A stretch of 64,000 bases of DNA from Gemmatimonadota bacterium (lineage in GTDB: Bacteria > Gemmatimonadota > Gemmatimonadetes > Gemmatimonadales > GWC2-71-9). Both the position numbers and the translations under genes were made by a program. The notes beneath the pieces are model-generated. The model searched no databases, had not been told where the DNA came from, and worked only from the letters and a program-made list of their open reading frames with translations. Shown here one piece after another: positions 20,272-29,567 of this stretch (the first letter of the stretch is position 1; each line of letters starts with the position of its first letter). The stretch spans positions 1-64,000 of the forward strand of contig JAZDCY010000004.1 of the NCBI GenBank assembly GCA_036679645.1, written 5' to 3'.

Positions 20272-21036
20272 TCAGGCAGCGAGTGTCAGAACCAGTGCGA
20301 GTGCGGCACCGCACCCCGTGGCGAGAGCGTTGACCGCATCGTTGCCGATCCATGCGTGCCCCCTTTCCCTGCGGGCCGGCGTCCCGCACCCGTGCCGGGG
20401 CGTCTCGCTGAACGTGTCGCATGCGTCGCAGTGATACCGTTCTTGAACGGTCGCTCCAAGCACCGAGTCGCACAACATCCCCACGGTCCCGGCGACGAAG
20501 ACGGCGATGGGCGTCACCGCCGGAACGCCAAGCGCCCAGCCAGTCGCTGCCATTGACGCGGCGCCGGCCATCCCCCCTACCGTACCAAGTGTCGTGATCC
20601 CACCCGATGTTCCCACCGACACCCGCGTGCGGGATGTGATGAGCACAGGATGGCGTCGCGCGCGCGCGCCGATCTCCGTCGCCCACGTGTCTGCCTGCGC
20701 GGTTGCGAGGCCACCTAAAAGCACGGTCCAGCCAGCCACAGGCGCGGTGGGAACGAGCGCCGCGCCAAGCAGCGCGGTCCAGCCATTCGCGACGACCTGC
20801 GACGCGGACCGTCCGGCAGATCGAGCTTCTGGCTGCCTCGCGCGATTCCAGCGTGTAAGGAGGCTTCCGGTGAGAAAGAAGATCCCGAGGGGAGCGGCGC
20901 CTGCTAGATCGGCGGTGCTCAGCACGGCCGTCCCGAGGGCCGCTGCCGCTACCGCACCAGAACTCGTGAGCCAACGCAGGTGACGGGCGGCGGCGGCGAG
21001 CAGCGCCGCCACGACCGCCCCCCACCAGACACTCAC
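20272..21036 (-). CDS. DUF92 (TMEM19/VTE6-like) membrane protein
   Basis: R.ASQVVANG, ADTWATEIG, GTSGGIT..G, DSVLGATVQ and NDAVN motifs; CxxC insert. Confidence 0.85.
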   Translation of the reverse strand: MSVWWGAVVAALLAAAARHLRWLTSSGAVAAAALGTAVLSTADLAGAAPLGIFFLTGSLLTRWNRARQPEARSAGRSASQVVANGWTALLGAALVPTAPVAGWTVLLGGLATAQADTWATEIGARARRHPVLITSRTRVSVGTSGGITTLGTVGGMAGAASMAATGWALGVPAVTPIAVFVAGTVGMLCDSVLGATVQERYHCDACDTFSETPRHGCGTPARRERGHAWIGNDAVNALATGCGAALALVLTLAA

Positions 21037-21296
21037 GACTCCGGTGCGCTCTCGTCCTCGAAGATGGACCGGAGAATGCGGCGCTTCAGTTCCGGTGGTG
21101 CCCCCTGTGCCCGCGTCCTGGCCTCGAGGAACTTGAGAAAACCGTCCTCGAAGTTGAACAGCGCAAAGCAACGGGCGCAGGCGTCCAGGTGGCTGCGTAC
21201 TGCCTGCTCGATATCCGGAGTGAGCTCGCCGTCGAGGTACTCGTAGAGTCGGTCCAGCGCCCCCTGGCAGTCCAGCGGTTGCAGGTTCGCGCTCAT
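21033..21296 (-). CDS. Zinc-binding anti-sigma factor (ZAS, RsrA/RshA-like)
   Basis: DC...L..YLDGEL and HLDACARC (HxxxCxxC); soluble; follows the ECF sigma. Confidence 0.85.
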   Translation of the reverse strand: MSANLQPLDCQGALDRLYEYLDGELTPDIEQAVRSHLDACARCFALFNFEDGFLKFLEARTRAQGAPPELKRRILRSIFEDESAPES

Positions 21297-21859
21297 TGCG
21301 GCGCCTTCTTCAGGTATCCCATCTCGACCGCGTAATCGTAGAGACGCTTCTGCAGCAGTTGCCGGCCACGGTATAGCCTGGACTTGACGGTACCGACCGG
21401 GACGCCGGTTATCTCCGCAATCTCCGCGTACGAGAGCCCCTCGACGTCCGAGAGCACGACGGTCTCCCGAAACTCGTTGGGGAGCGCGTCGATGGCTTGG
21501 TAGATCTCCTCATCGACGATCTGGTCGAAGAACGTCCCTTCCGGATCGGCGTCCTGAACGTCGGGGAACACCGTGTAGTGTTCGACCGCGGTAACATCGA
21601 CGGTCGCCTTGTGGTGTTTCGTGCGCCGATACTGGTTAATGAACGTGTGGCGCAATATCGTTAGCAACCACGCGCGCGCATTGGTTCCGGGTTTGTACTG
21701 GTGCCACGACCGGAACGCCTTCAGCATCGTTTCCTGGGAGAGATCCTCTGCCTGCGATGGGTCGCCCGACAGCCGCAGCGCCACGCGATACACGGCGTCC
21801 AGGTGGGGCAGCGCTTCCTGCTCAAATGCGGTGCGTCGGTCGTCGTCCGATTGCGACAC
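21293..21859 (-). CDS. ECF sigma factor (SigR/SigH-like)
   Basis: FEQEALPHLD, AEDLSQET, PGTNARAWL and GTVKSRLYRGR motifs. Confidence 0.9.
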   Translation of the reverse strand: MSQSDDDRRTAFEQEALPHLDAVYRVALRLSGDPSQAEDLSQETMLKAFRSWHQYKPGTNARAWLLTILRHTFINQYRRTKHHKATVDVTAVEHYTVFPDVQDADPEGTFFDQIVDEEIYQAIDALPNEFRETVVLSDVEGLSYAEIAEITGVPVGTVKSRLYRGRQLLQKRLYDYAVEMGYLKKAPQ

Positions 21860-21984
21860 GCTTAGTCCGGTCCGGATTGCGGAGGGTCATGTAGAATCGC
21901 GTGGCGTCGGGGAACGCGCAATGCCCATTGCCACAGCCAATGTGACGCCGGTAAGTTGCTCCACCTACTGGGCCCCCTCTTGCC

Positions 21985-22617
21985 GTGAACGACCAAGATC
22001 ATCTCGTCCCCGCTGCCTTGCCGCTGGCTGTGCTGCAGGCGGTCCAAGATCTCGACGCCCCTGCGGCCGACGGGCTCGACGAATTCCCCGAGGATTTGTC
22101 CCGCAAGCGGCTCGGCATGAGTGAAACCGTCGCGTTCCAGATCGACCGGTTCAACCGGCTGGCGCGCGGAGGCGCCAATGTTGATGCAGAACAGCTCGTG
22201 GCCCTCTTCCGGTTGGTCGGGCGGCGACCGGACGCTGCGCTCGTGTTTTCGGACGCGGGTCGGCGTGCGGGCCAACACGCTGTATTGGAGAGTGGGAAGC
22301 GCGTCTGGCTCGGTCTCTTGCCCGGCGGCGCGCGGCGGCGTGCGGGGTTCCGACTAGCTTGTCAGCGGGCGCATCGAGCCTTCGGCCTGCAACTGACGCA
22401 GCCCGATAACCCGGCCGCCACGCTCGATGATCCGCTGCCCGTCGTCGCGACGGATGATGGGGCAGCGTGCGCGTTCTATGGCGCTGGGCTTGCCGAGATC
22501 CTCCGCAGGCTCATCGACTTCGAGGGCGCAATGATGCATACACGCTGTCGCGGCCGTGGCGATGTCACGTGCAACTGGCACGCGGTAGCGCCAGGCGACG
22601 ACGAAGAGAGGTCTTGA
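21985..22617 (+). CDS. Hypothetical protein with V4R-like C-terminus
   Basis: C.FY.A...HTRCRGRGDVTCNW cysteine pattern typical of V4R domains. Confidence 0.55.
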   Translation: MNDQDHLVPAALPLAVLQAVQDLDAPAADGLDEFPEDLSRKRLGMSETVAFQIDRFNRLARGGANVDAEQLVALFRLVGRRPDAALVFSDAGRRAGQHAVLESGKRVWLGLLPGGARRRAGFRLACQRAHRAFGLQLTQPDNPAATLDDPLPVVATDDGAACAFYGAGLAEILRRLIDFEGAMMHTRCRGRGDVTCNWHAVAPGDDEERS

Positions 22618-23783
22618 TGCTTCTGGACACTGCACGACTCGACGACATCCGCGCCGCCGTACGCGAGATGTCACTCGATGGCTGGCTGCTCTACGACTTT
22701 CACGGTGTCAACCCGGTGGCGTCCCGTGTGCTCGGAATCGGCGGCATGGCAACCCGTCGTCTCTTTGTGCTGATCCCAGCGGACGGCGCACCGGTGGCGA
22801 TAGCGCACCGCATCGAGCTGCAGCCACTCCAGGGGTTCCCGGGCACCATCGAGGCCTACTCGACCTGGGAGGAGCTGCACCGGCACCTGGGTGCGGTCGT
22901 TTCTGGTCGCAAGCTCGCCATGGAGGTGTCGCCGGACGATGCGGTCCCGTATCTCGATCGCGTACCGTCGGGCGTCGTCGGGCTGATCGAGCGGTTGGGG
23001 GGGTCTGTAGAGTCCTCAGCCGATCTGGTGACGATGTTCTCCGCCCGATGGACGGCGCAGGAACTCGAGGACCACCTCTGGGCCGCCGAGCAGATCGCCG
23101 ATATTGCGCGCACAACCGTGGCTGAAGCGATCGGCCGGCCCGGGGTACGCGAGTACGCTGTGCAGCAGCAGGTGATCGAGCGCATGCATGGGGCGGGGTT
23201 GGTCGTCGATGATCCGCCGATCGTCGGGTTCGGTGCCAACGCCGCCAACCCGCACTACGAGCCGAGGGAAGGGGAGGACGCCGCGCTCGAGGGGGGGCAG
23301 GTCGTACTGCTCGACCTGTGGGGCGGTCGGTCGCACAACACGGTATTCGCGGATCAGACGTGGATGGGGTTTGCCGGGACCACGCCACCGGACGACGTCG
23401 TGCGCGTGTGGGAGACGGTGCGCAGCGCGCGCGACGCCGCTATTGGACGATTGCGCGCGCGCTGGCCGGCCGGCGAGCCGGTGACGGGTGCCGATCTCGA
23501 CCGAGCGGCACGTGACGTCATTGCACAGGCCGGGTACGGCGACACATTCGTGCATAGGACCGGCCACTCGATCGACATAGAACTCCACGGGTCCGGCCCG
23601 AATCTCGATAGCTTCGAGACCGACGACGTGCGGCGCTTGCTGTCCGGGATCGGTTTCTCGATCGAGCCGGGGATTTACCTCACCGGCAACTTTGGTGTTC
23701 GGAGTGAGGTCAATGTCGTGTTACGGGACAAACTCGTGCAGGTCACGCCGGACGAGCCGCAACAGGACTTGATCACGCTGTAG
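22617..23783 (+). CDS. M24 family (Xaa-Pro) aminopeptidase
   Basis: Metal-ligand motifs DLWG, ADQT, HRTGH, IEPGIY and RSE. Confidence 0.9.
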   Translation: MLLDTARLDDIRAAVREMSLDGWLLYDFHGVNPVASRVLGIGGMATRRLFVLIPADGAPVAIAHRIELQPLQGFPGTIEAYSTWEELHRHLGAVVSGRKLAMEVSPDDAVPYLDRVPSGVVGLIERLGGSVESSADLVTMFSARWTAQELEDHLWAAEQIADIARTTVAEAIGRPGVREYAVQQQVIERMHGAGLVVDDPPIVGFGANAANPHYEPREGEDAALEGGQVVLLDLWGGRSHNTVFADQTWMGFAGTTPPDDVVRVWETVRSARDAAIGRLRARWPAGEPVTGADLDRAARDVIAQAGYGDTFVHRTGHSIDIELHGSGPNLDSFETDDVRRLLSGIGFSIEPGIYLTGNFGVRSEVNVVLRDKLVQVTPDEPQQDLITL

Positions 23784-23792
23784 CGCACGGTT

Positions 23793-24641
23793 TTAGGTCG
23801 CGGGGCGCAGGAGTTCCTCGATCTTGACGGCTGTGTCGGTCTTTTCGTCCCGGTACTTCACGATGACCGGTGCGTAGAGCGCGATCCCGTGCCGCTTTCC
23901 GGTGCCCGCGGTCACCGGGCGCGACCCCGGAACCACGACTGCGCCCGCGGGAATCTCGAGTGGGGCGGATTCGCTGCGTCGATAGACGCGATTCCGCACG
24001 AGATCGAAAACGGGCACGCCGCCCGTGAGCACCGTGCCCGGCGCGAGTACCGCGCGTTCGCGCACGATCGTGCCCTCGTAGACGCCGCAGTTCCCGCCCA
24101 CGAGCACGTCATCCTCGATGATCACCGGGACCGCTCCCGCCGGTTCGAGTACGCCGCCTATCTGCGCCGCGGCGGACAGGTGCACGCGCTTCCCGACCTG
24201 CGCGCACGAGCCGACGAGTGCGTGCGAATCCACCATCGTACCCTCATCGACGTAGGCCCCGATGTTGATGTACATGGGCGGCATGCACACCACGCCCGGT
24301 GCGACGTAGGCGCCGGCGCGAATGGATGACCCGCCCGGCACGACCCGTATCTGATCTGCCGGCACGATGTCTTTGAGCGGCAGCGTGTCCTTGTCCAGCA
24401 ATCGCAGCGGCCCGCCGCCGGATTGATCCACGATCTGCCCAATGCGAAACCCCAGGAGAATGCCGACTTTCACCCACTCGGTCGCCCGCCACTCACCGCG
24501 GTCGTCGCGCGTTGCCGCCCGGACGGCGCCGCGGTCGAGCAGCTCGCGCAGTTCCTCGAACGCTGCGCGGGCGTCCCGCTCTGCTCCCTTTGGGACACCG
24601 TCGCGAAAGCCGAGGATCGTTCTTGCCAGGCGTTCGGTCAC
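23793..24641 (-). CDS. dapD: Tetrahydrodipicolinate N-succinyltransferase
   Basis: WVKVGILLGFR, hexapeptide repeats, GSCAQVG, QIGGVLEP; DAP operon context. Confidence 0.9.
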   Translation of the reverse strand: MTERLARTILGFRDGVPKGAERDARAAFEELRELLDRGAVRAATRDDRGEWRATEWVKVGILLGFRIGQIVDQSGGGPLRLLDKDTLPLKDIVPADQIRVVPGGSSIRAGAYVAPGVVCMPPMYINIGAYVDEGTMVDSHALVGSCAQVGKRVHLSAAAQIGGVLEPAGAVPVIIEDDVLVGGNCGVYEGTIVRERAVLAPGTVLTGGVPVFDLVRNRVYRRSESAPLEIPAGAVVVPGSRPVTAGTGKRHGIALYAPVIVKYRDEKTDTAVKIEELLRPAT

Positions 24642-25454
24642 GCCGGCAGTACTCCCGCCGCGTCGAGTGCCTGTTGTACGACGGAGTGTTGTTCCTCGGA
24701 AAGGGGCACGAGCGGGAGTCGGATCCCTGGATCGATCCGCCCCATGGTGTGCAGCGCCCACTTCACCGGAATTGGATTGGATTCGACGAAGTTGGCATCC
24801 ATCAATTGGAGCAACCGGTAGTGGAGGTCTCGGGCGCTCGCGAAATCGCCGCTCCGGGCGGCGTCCACTAGCTGGGACATTGATGCCGGGGCCTCGTTGG
24901 ACACGACCGAGATCACGCCGTCTCCACCTGCGGCGATGAGGGCAAGCGTCATGGCATCGTCGCCCGACAGCACGGCAAACCCCTCATCACGGTGCTGTAC
25001 GATTGCCATCATCTGTCCGAGATCGCCACTCGCTTCCTTGACGCCGATGACGCCGTCGAGCCGGGCCAGGGCTAGCGTCGTCGCGGCAGACATGTTGAGG
25101 CCCGTGCGGCCCGGTACGTTGTAAACGATGACGGGCTTTCCGGCGGCCTCGCAGACAGCGCCGAAATGCCGCTCGAGACCCGCCGCTGTGGGCTTGTTGT
25201 AGTACGGTGTAGCCGATGGCCCCTGCAACCACCGGCACGCGGCCGGCCGCACGCCGCACGACCGTCGTGACCACGCGCTCGCGCTCTTCGGGCGTCAACG
25301 TCGCCGCCTCACCCGTCGAGCCAATGACCACCAGAAAGTGAATGCCTTCGGCGATCTGCCAATCGACCAGCCGCTCCATCGCGGGAAGATCCAGCGCGCC
25401 ATCCGGGGTCATCGGCGTTACGAGGGCCGTCCCACAGCCGGCAAATCGCGTCAT
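24638..25454 (-). pseudogene. dapA: 4-hydroxy-tetrahydrodipicolinate synthase, split by an internal deletion/frameshift
   Basis: N-half ([21 protein letters not shown]) and C-half ([21 protein letters not shown]) lie in different frames with a junction near 25209; the intervening helix/strand is absent. Confidence 0.8.
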
Positions 25455-26137
25455 GATGCCCGTCCAAAGAGTGATTCGTCGAAGCGGTACACGCCCCGGT
25501 GGGGCTCCGCCGCCAGCCACTCGGCGGCGACTACGGCACCCCGCGCGAAGATCGTTCGGTCGCGCGCGGCATGGGCGATGGTAATGGCTTCGCCCGTGGC
25601 GTCGAGTCGGATTTCGTGCGTCCCGGGGATCTCGCCCGCGCGTATGCTCGTGATGGGATAGTCCCGCGAGGGGTCGCCGCCTCGCAGAGCGTCCTGCAAC
25701 GCGCGCGCCGTGCCGGACGGGGCGTCTTTCTTGTGACGATGATGACTCTCGACGAGATGCGCATCGAATTCGGGTCGATCCCGTAGGAGTTCGGCGAGAT
25801 GCTGTGCCACCCGCATCAGGATCTGTACGCCTATCGAGAAGTTCGGCGCGTAGACGAGGCCCACGGCGGCGCGCTCGAACGCGGCACGCACCTCGGGCAG
25901 TCGATCATACCATCCCGTGGTCCCGCACACCGTCGGAACGCCGAACGAGGCGAGCTGAAGCAGGTTGTCTCCGGCCGCGTCGGGCGCCGTAAACTCGATT
26001 GCGACCTCGGCGTCTTTCATGGCGTCTGTTGCGAGGGCGCCGACGTCGATCTCTGCCACGACCTGATGTCCCCGCGAGAGTGCTGCAGTCTTGACGGCCA
26101 TGCCCATGCGCCCGGGCCCGACTATGGCAATGCGCAT
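25451..26137 (-). CDS. dapB: 4-hydroxy-tetrahydrodipicolinate reductase
   Basis: GPGRMG, GTTGW, PNFSIG and [13 protein letters not shown] motifs. Confidence 0.95.
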   Translation of the reverse strand: MRIAIVGPGRMGMAVKTAALSRGHQVVAEIDVGALATDAMKDAEVAIEFTAPDAAGDNLLQLASFGVPTVCGTTGWYDRLPEVRAAFERAAVGLVYAPNFSIGVQILMRVAQHLAELLRDRPEFDAHLVESHHRHKKDAPSGTARALQDALRGGDPSRDYPITSIRAGEIPGTHEIRLDATGEAITIAHAARDRTIFARGAVVAAEWLAAEPHRGVYRFDESLFGRAS

Positions 26138-27492
26138 CAGTCGGGGAAGAACGCCGCGTGCAGCCGGGTTACGGTCTCTGCCGCCTGAGCGTCACTTACC
26201 ACGATCGTCACGTTGATCTTCGACGCGCCCATTGAGATCATCTGTACGTTCACCGACGCAATCGCCTTGAAGATACGTGCGGCGATGCCAGGTGTCTCGC
26301 GCAAAGCCTCGCCGACCACGCAAATTATGGCCCTGTTATGATTGACGTGCACCTCGCCCATCCGTGCGAGGTCCTCCATCAGCTTCGGCGTCACGACGCC
26401 CTTCTCGATGGAGAAAGAAACACTCACCTCGCTCGTGGCGACGACATCCACCGCCACGCCATGGCGATCGATGAGATCGAGCACGTTGCGCAAGAAACCG
26501 TGCGCGCCCAGCATGCGCGGAGCCTGAAGAGACACGGTCGTCACGCCACACTTCGATGCAATCGACTTCACCGTTCCGGGTCGGCGGCCGGGATCGGCCG
26601 ATATTCGCGTGCCGGGAGCGTCGGGGTCTCGCGAGTTTCGGATACGCAGCGGAATCCCCGCATCGATGAGCGGGATCATCGTCGCGGGGTGGAGCACCTT
26701 TGCTCCGAAGTGTGCCAGCTCTGCGGCTTCGTCGTATGTCGCCTCCATTAGGGGACGTGCGGCGGGCACCACACGCGGGTCCGCGGTCATGAGCCCGTGT
26801 ACATCCGTCCAGATCTCGACCTCGTCGACCGCGAGCGCCGCTGCCAGGAGCGACGCGGTGAAGTCGGATCCGCCCCGACCCAGCGTCGTCGTGACGCCCT
26901 CGCGCGTCGCCCCGACGAATCCGGGAATGACCGGGACCGTCCCGGCCTCCACCAGGGGCGCGACGCGGGCCTGGGCCCGCTGTGTGATCTCGGGGAAATC
27001 CGGCTGCGCACGACCGAACGTCCCGTCGGTAATGACCATATCGCGCCCGTGGAGCAACTCGGCGGATAATCCCGCCGTCTCGAGCGCGGCGACGAGAACC
27101 GTCGTGCTCAGGGACTCTCCCAGCGCGACCACCGCGTCAATCGCTCGGGCACCACGCGCTTCCACCAGCGCGAGCGCGTCGAGTGTGTGGTTGAGTTCCT
27201 CGAACAGAGTGGCCAGGCGCGGGCGAGCCCGCGCCCCCGCTTCGGTCCCATCCGCGGTACCGGAGAGCGCGGTGGCGTGGCGGACCCGCAGCTCGTCCAC
27301 GATGCTGCGTGCTGCCGGAAGGTCGCTGCGCGCCGCGTGTTCGGATGCCACCATCAGTTGGTCCGTCACGCCGGCCATAGCTGACGCGACGACAATGGGC
27401 CCTCGCGCTCGCGCAGCGGCGACGATTCCCGCGACGCGGGTGATGTGCTCGGTGTCGGCGAGCGAGGTGCCGCCAAACTTCATGACGATCAT
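26137..27492 (-). CDS. lysC: Aspartate kinase
   Basis: MKFGGTS, TLGRGGSD, WTDVHG..TADPR; C-terminal ACT domains. Confidence 0.95.
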   Translation of the reverse strand: MIVMKFGGTSLADTEHITRVAGIVAAARARGPIVVASAMAGVTDQLMVASEHAARSDLPAARSIVDELRVRHATALSGTADGTEAGARARPRLATLFEELNHTLDALALVEARGARAIDAVVALGESLSTTVLVAALETAGLSAELLHGRDMVITDGTFGRAQPDFPEITQRAQARVAPLVEAGTVPVIPGFVGATREGVTTTLGRGGSDFTASLLAAALAVDEVEIWTDVHGLMTADPRVVPAARPLMEATYDEAAELAHFGAKVLHPATMIPLIDAGIPLRIRNSRDPDAPGTRISADPGRRPGTVKSIASKCGVTTVSLQAPRMLGAHGFLRNVLDLIDRHGVAVDVVATSEVSVSFSIEKGVVTPKLMEDLARMGEVHVNHNRAIICVVGEALRETPGIAARIFKAIASVNVQMISMGASKINVTIVVSDAQAAETVTRLHAAFFPD

Positions 27493-28526
27493 GTCGGACG
27501 GGAAACGAGATCGCGGGCGACGAGCAGCTCGGCGTTCAGGATCGCGGCGCCGGCTGCACCACGCACGGTGTTGTGGCCCACGGCGACGAACCGGATGTCG
27601 AGCACCGGGCACGCGCGGACCCTGCCGATCGACACCGTCATGCCGTTCCCGGCGGCGGCATCCATCCGCGGTTGCGGCCGATCGGGTTCGGCGCGGACGT
27701 GGAGGAACCGCTCGGGTGCCGAGGGCAGCGCCGCCACGGCAGCCGGCGGCTCGAACGCGTGGAACGCGGCGGTTACGTCGGCCGGGTCCGGATTGCCGGT
27801 GAGTCTGACTGACACCGCCAGCGTGTGCCCATCTACCACCGGGACGCGGTGTGCGTGCGCGCTCACCGGGAACGCGCGGCCCAAGATCTTGCACGTCTCC
27901 CGCTCGATCTTGTCTTCCTCCCCGGGGATGTGCGGAATGACGTTGCCGAGCGCATCGAGCGAGGGCACGCCGGGGTATCCTGCGCCAGAGACGGCCTGCA
28001 TGGTGGTCACCACGAGACCTTCGATGCCGAACGCGCGTTCCAGCGGTACCAGCGCCGATGCGAGTATGATGGCCGAACAGTTGGGGTTGGCGACGATCGC
28101 GCCGCGCCAGCCGCGAGCCGCGCGTTGCCGGTCCACCAGGCGGACATCGTCCGCGTTGATCTCGGGGATGATCAGTGGGACATCCGCGGCGAGGCGAAAC
28201 GGACGCGCGTTGGTCACGACCCAGTAGCCCGCGGCGGCGAACCGCGGCTCGATCGTCTCGGCGGCGTCGGCTTCGAGCGCCGAGAAGGCGATGGTGCCAG
28301 CAACGTCGGCGTCGGCGGAATCGAGCACCAGGGCGCCAAACTCGGATGGAAGCGGTGTGGGCTCGATCCAATGGACGGCTTCTTGATAGGGCCGGCCGGC
28401 GTTGCGGTCCGACGCGCAGAGCCGCCGTACGGCGAACCACGGATGCCCCGCCAGCAGTACCACCAGCTTCTGGCCGACCGCACCGGTGGCGCCCAGGATG
28501 GTGACGGGGATGCGGTTGCTCGTCAC
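27489..28526 (-). CDS. asd: Aspartate-semialdehyde dehydrogenase
   Basis: GATGAVG, ANPNCS, QAVSGAG and RVPVVDGH motifs. Confidence 0.95.
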   Translation of the reverse strand: MTSNRIPVTILGATGAVGQKLVVLLAGHPWFAVRRLCASDRNAGRPYQEAVHWIEPTPLPSEFGALVLDSADADVAGTIAFSALEADAAETIEPRFAAAGYWVVTNARPFRLAADVPLIIPEINADDVRLVDRQRAARGWRGAIVANPNCSAIILASALVPLERAFGIEGLVVTTMQAVSGAGYPGVPSLDALGNVIPHIPGEEDKIERETCKILGRAFPVSAHAHRVPVVDGHTLAVSVRLTGNPDPADVTAAFHAFEPPAAVAALPSAPERFLHVRAEPDRPQPRMDAAAGNGMTVSIGRVRACPVLDIRFVAVGHNTVRGAAGAAILNAELLVARDLVSRPT

Positions 28527-28557
28527 GAGGGATCGTGCTCGGCGACGGGGTTGACGG

Positions 28558-29469
28558 CTAGCTCCCTGATGCGCGCCCGGGCGCGGCTCGCCACATGAGC
28601 CAAACCAGCGACACCCACACTAGCGTGCCAAGCCCCGCGTGCCAGGTCCGTAACGGCATCGGCAGTTGCCGCGCGATCATCAGCACGGCCACGAGCACGT
28701 GTACGACGAGAACGGCCGCGACCATCCAGGCAGCGATCACGACGCCCAGCGGTTCGCGCTTCCGGTGGCTCGCGGCGAGCACACCTATCATGTGCAACGC
28801 GAGCGCATATGCGACGAGTCGATGGGTCCAGTGAATGTGCGCGAGCCCACCTCCACCCCCTGACGGCCAGATGGCGCCGCTGCAGAGGGGAAACCCTGTA
28901 CAGGCCAGACCTGCGTTCATGTTCGCGGTGAGGGCGCCCAGGAGTAGCGCCACACCGCCCAGTACCGCCGCGACGCGCGCCATGCGGAATGTCCTGTGCG
29001 ACGCAGCGGTCATGGCGGGCCCATCGACCGCGAATGCGCGAAACGAGGTAATGCAGACGGCGGCCAGCAGCGCGAGCGCGTTGCTCATGTGGAGCACGAC
29101 GACGGGTGGCGGGAGCTCGAGCCACACGGTCACTGCACCGAGCAATACCTGGGAGATTAGCAGGACGAGCGCCAGAACTGCCGGGCGTACGATGCCGCCC
29201 GGGCCCGAAAAGCCCGGATCATTACGACGCGTGTAGGCCGCGATTGCGACGACCGCGACGAAGAGGCTCACGCTCGCGGCGGCAAGCCGGTGTCCCCACT
29301 CGATCATCACCGCGAGGTCGTCGAGGGGCGGGATGATCCGACCGTTGCAGAGCGGCCAATCGTCGCCGCAGCCCAGCCCGGACCCCGAGATGCGCACGAT
29401 CGGTGAGAGGGCCACGAGAACGTAGGTGAAAAACGACGTGATGATGGTGAGAATCTTGAATGCGCGCAT
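28558..29469 (-). CDS. ctaA: Heme A synthase (COX15/CtaA)
   Basis: GLGC..WPLC, EWGHR, LGAVTV, GLAC..FPLC and HWTHR motifs. Confidence 0.85.
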   Translation of the reverse strand: MRAFKILTIITSFFTYVLVALSPIVRISGSGLGCGDDWPLCNGRIIPPLDDLAVMIEWGHRLAAASVSLFVAVVAIAAYTRRNDPGFSGPGGIVRPAVLALVLLISQVLLGAVTVWLELPPPVVVLHMSNALALLAAVCITSFRAFAVDGPAMTAASHRTFRMARVAAVLGGVALLLGALTANMNAGLACTGFPLCSGAIWPSGGGGGLAHIHWTHRLVAYALALHMIGVLAASHRKREPLGVVIAAWMVAAVLVVHVLVAVLMIARQLPMPLRTWHAGLGTLVWVSLVWLMWRAAPGRASGS

Positions 29470-29497
29470 GGGAGGGAAAGTCGCTGGCTTCGTGAGG

Positions 29498-29567
29498 CGA
29501 TGGAAGGGGCGATGATAACGGCTGCTCTTCATCGCCCCCTCCGTCGCCCCTTCCGTCGCCCCCTTCC
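29498..29567. repeat. Hairpin with a triplicated right arm (GTCGCCCCTTCC-like x3)
   Basis: CGATGGAAGGGGCGATGA pairs with TCATCGCCCCCTCCGTCG; two further ~12-nt copies follow. Confidence 0.7.

Noticed and set aside
27860..27900. Possible in-frame deletion in asd (KILGRAFPVSAH looks short)
   Set aside because: The frame and catalytic motifs are intact and this loop varies naturally; it cannot be supported without an alignment
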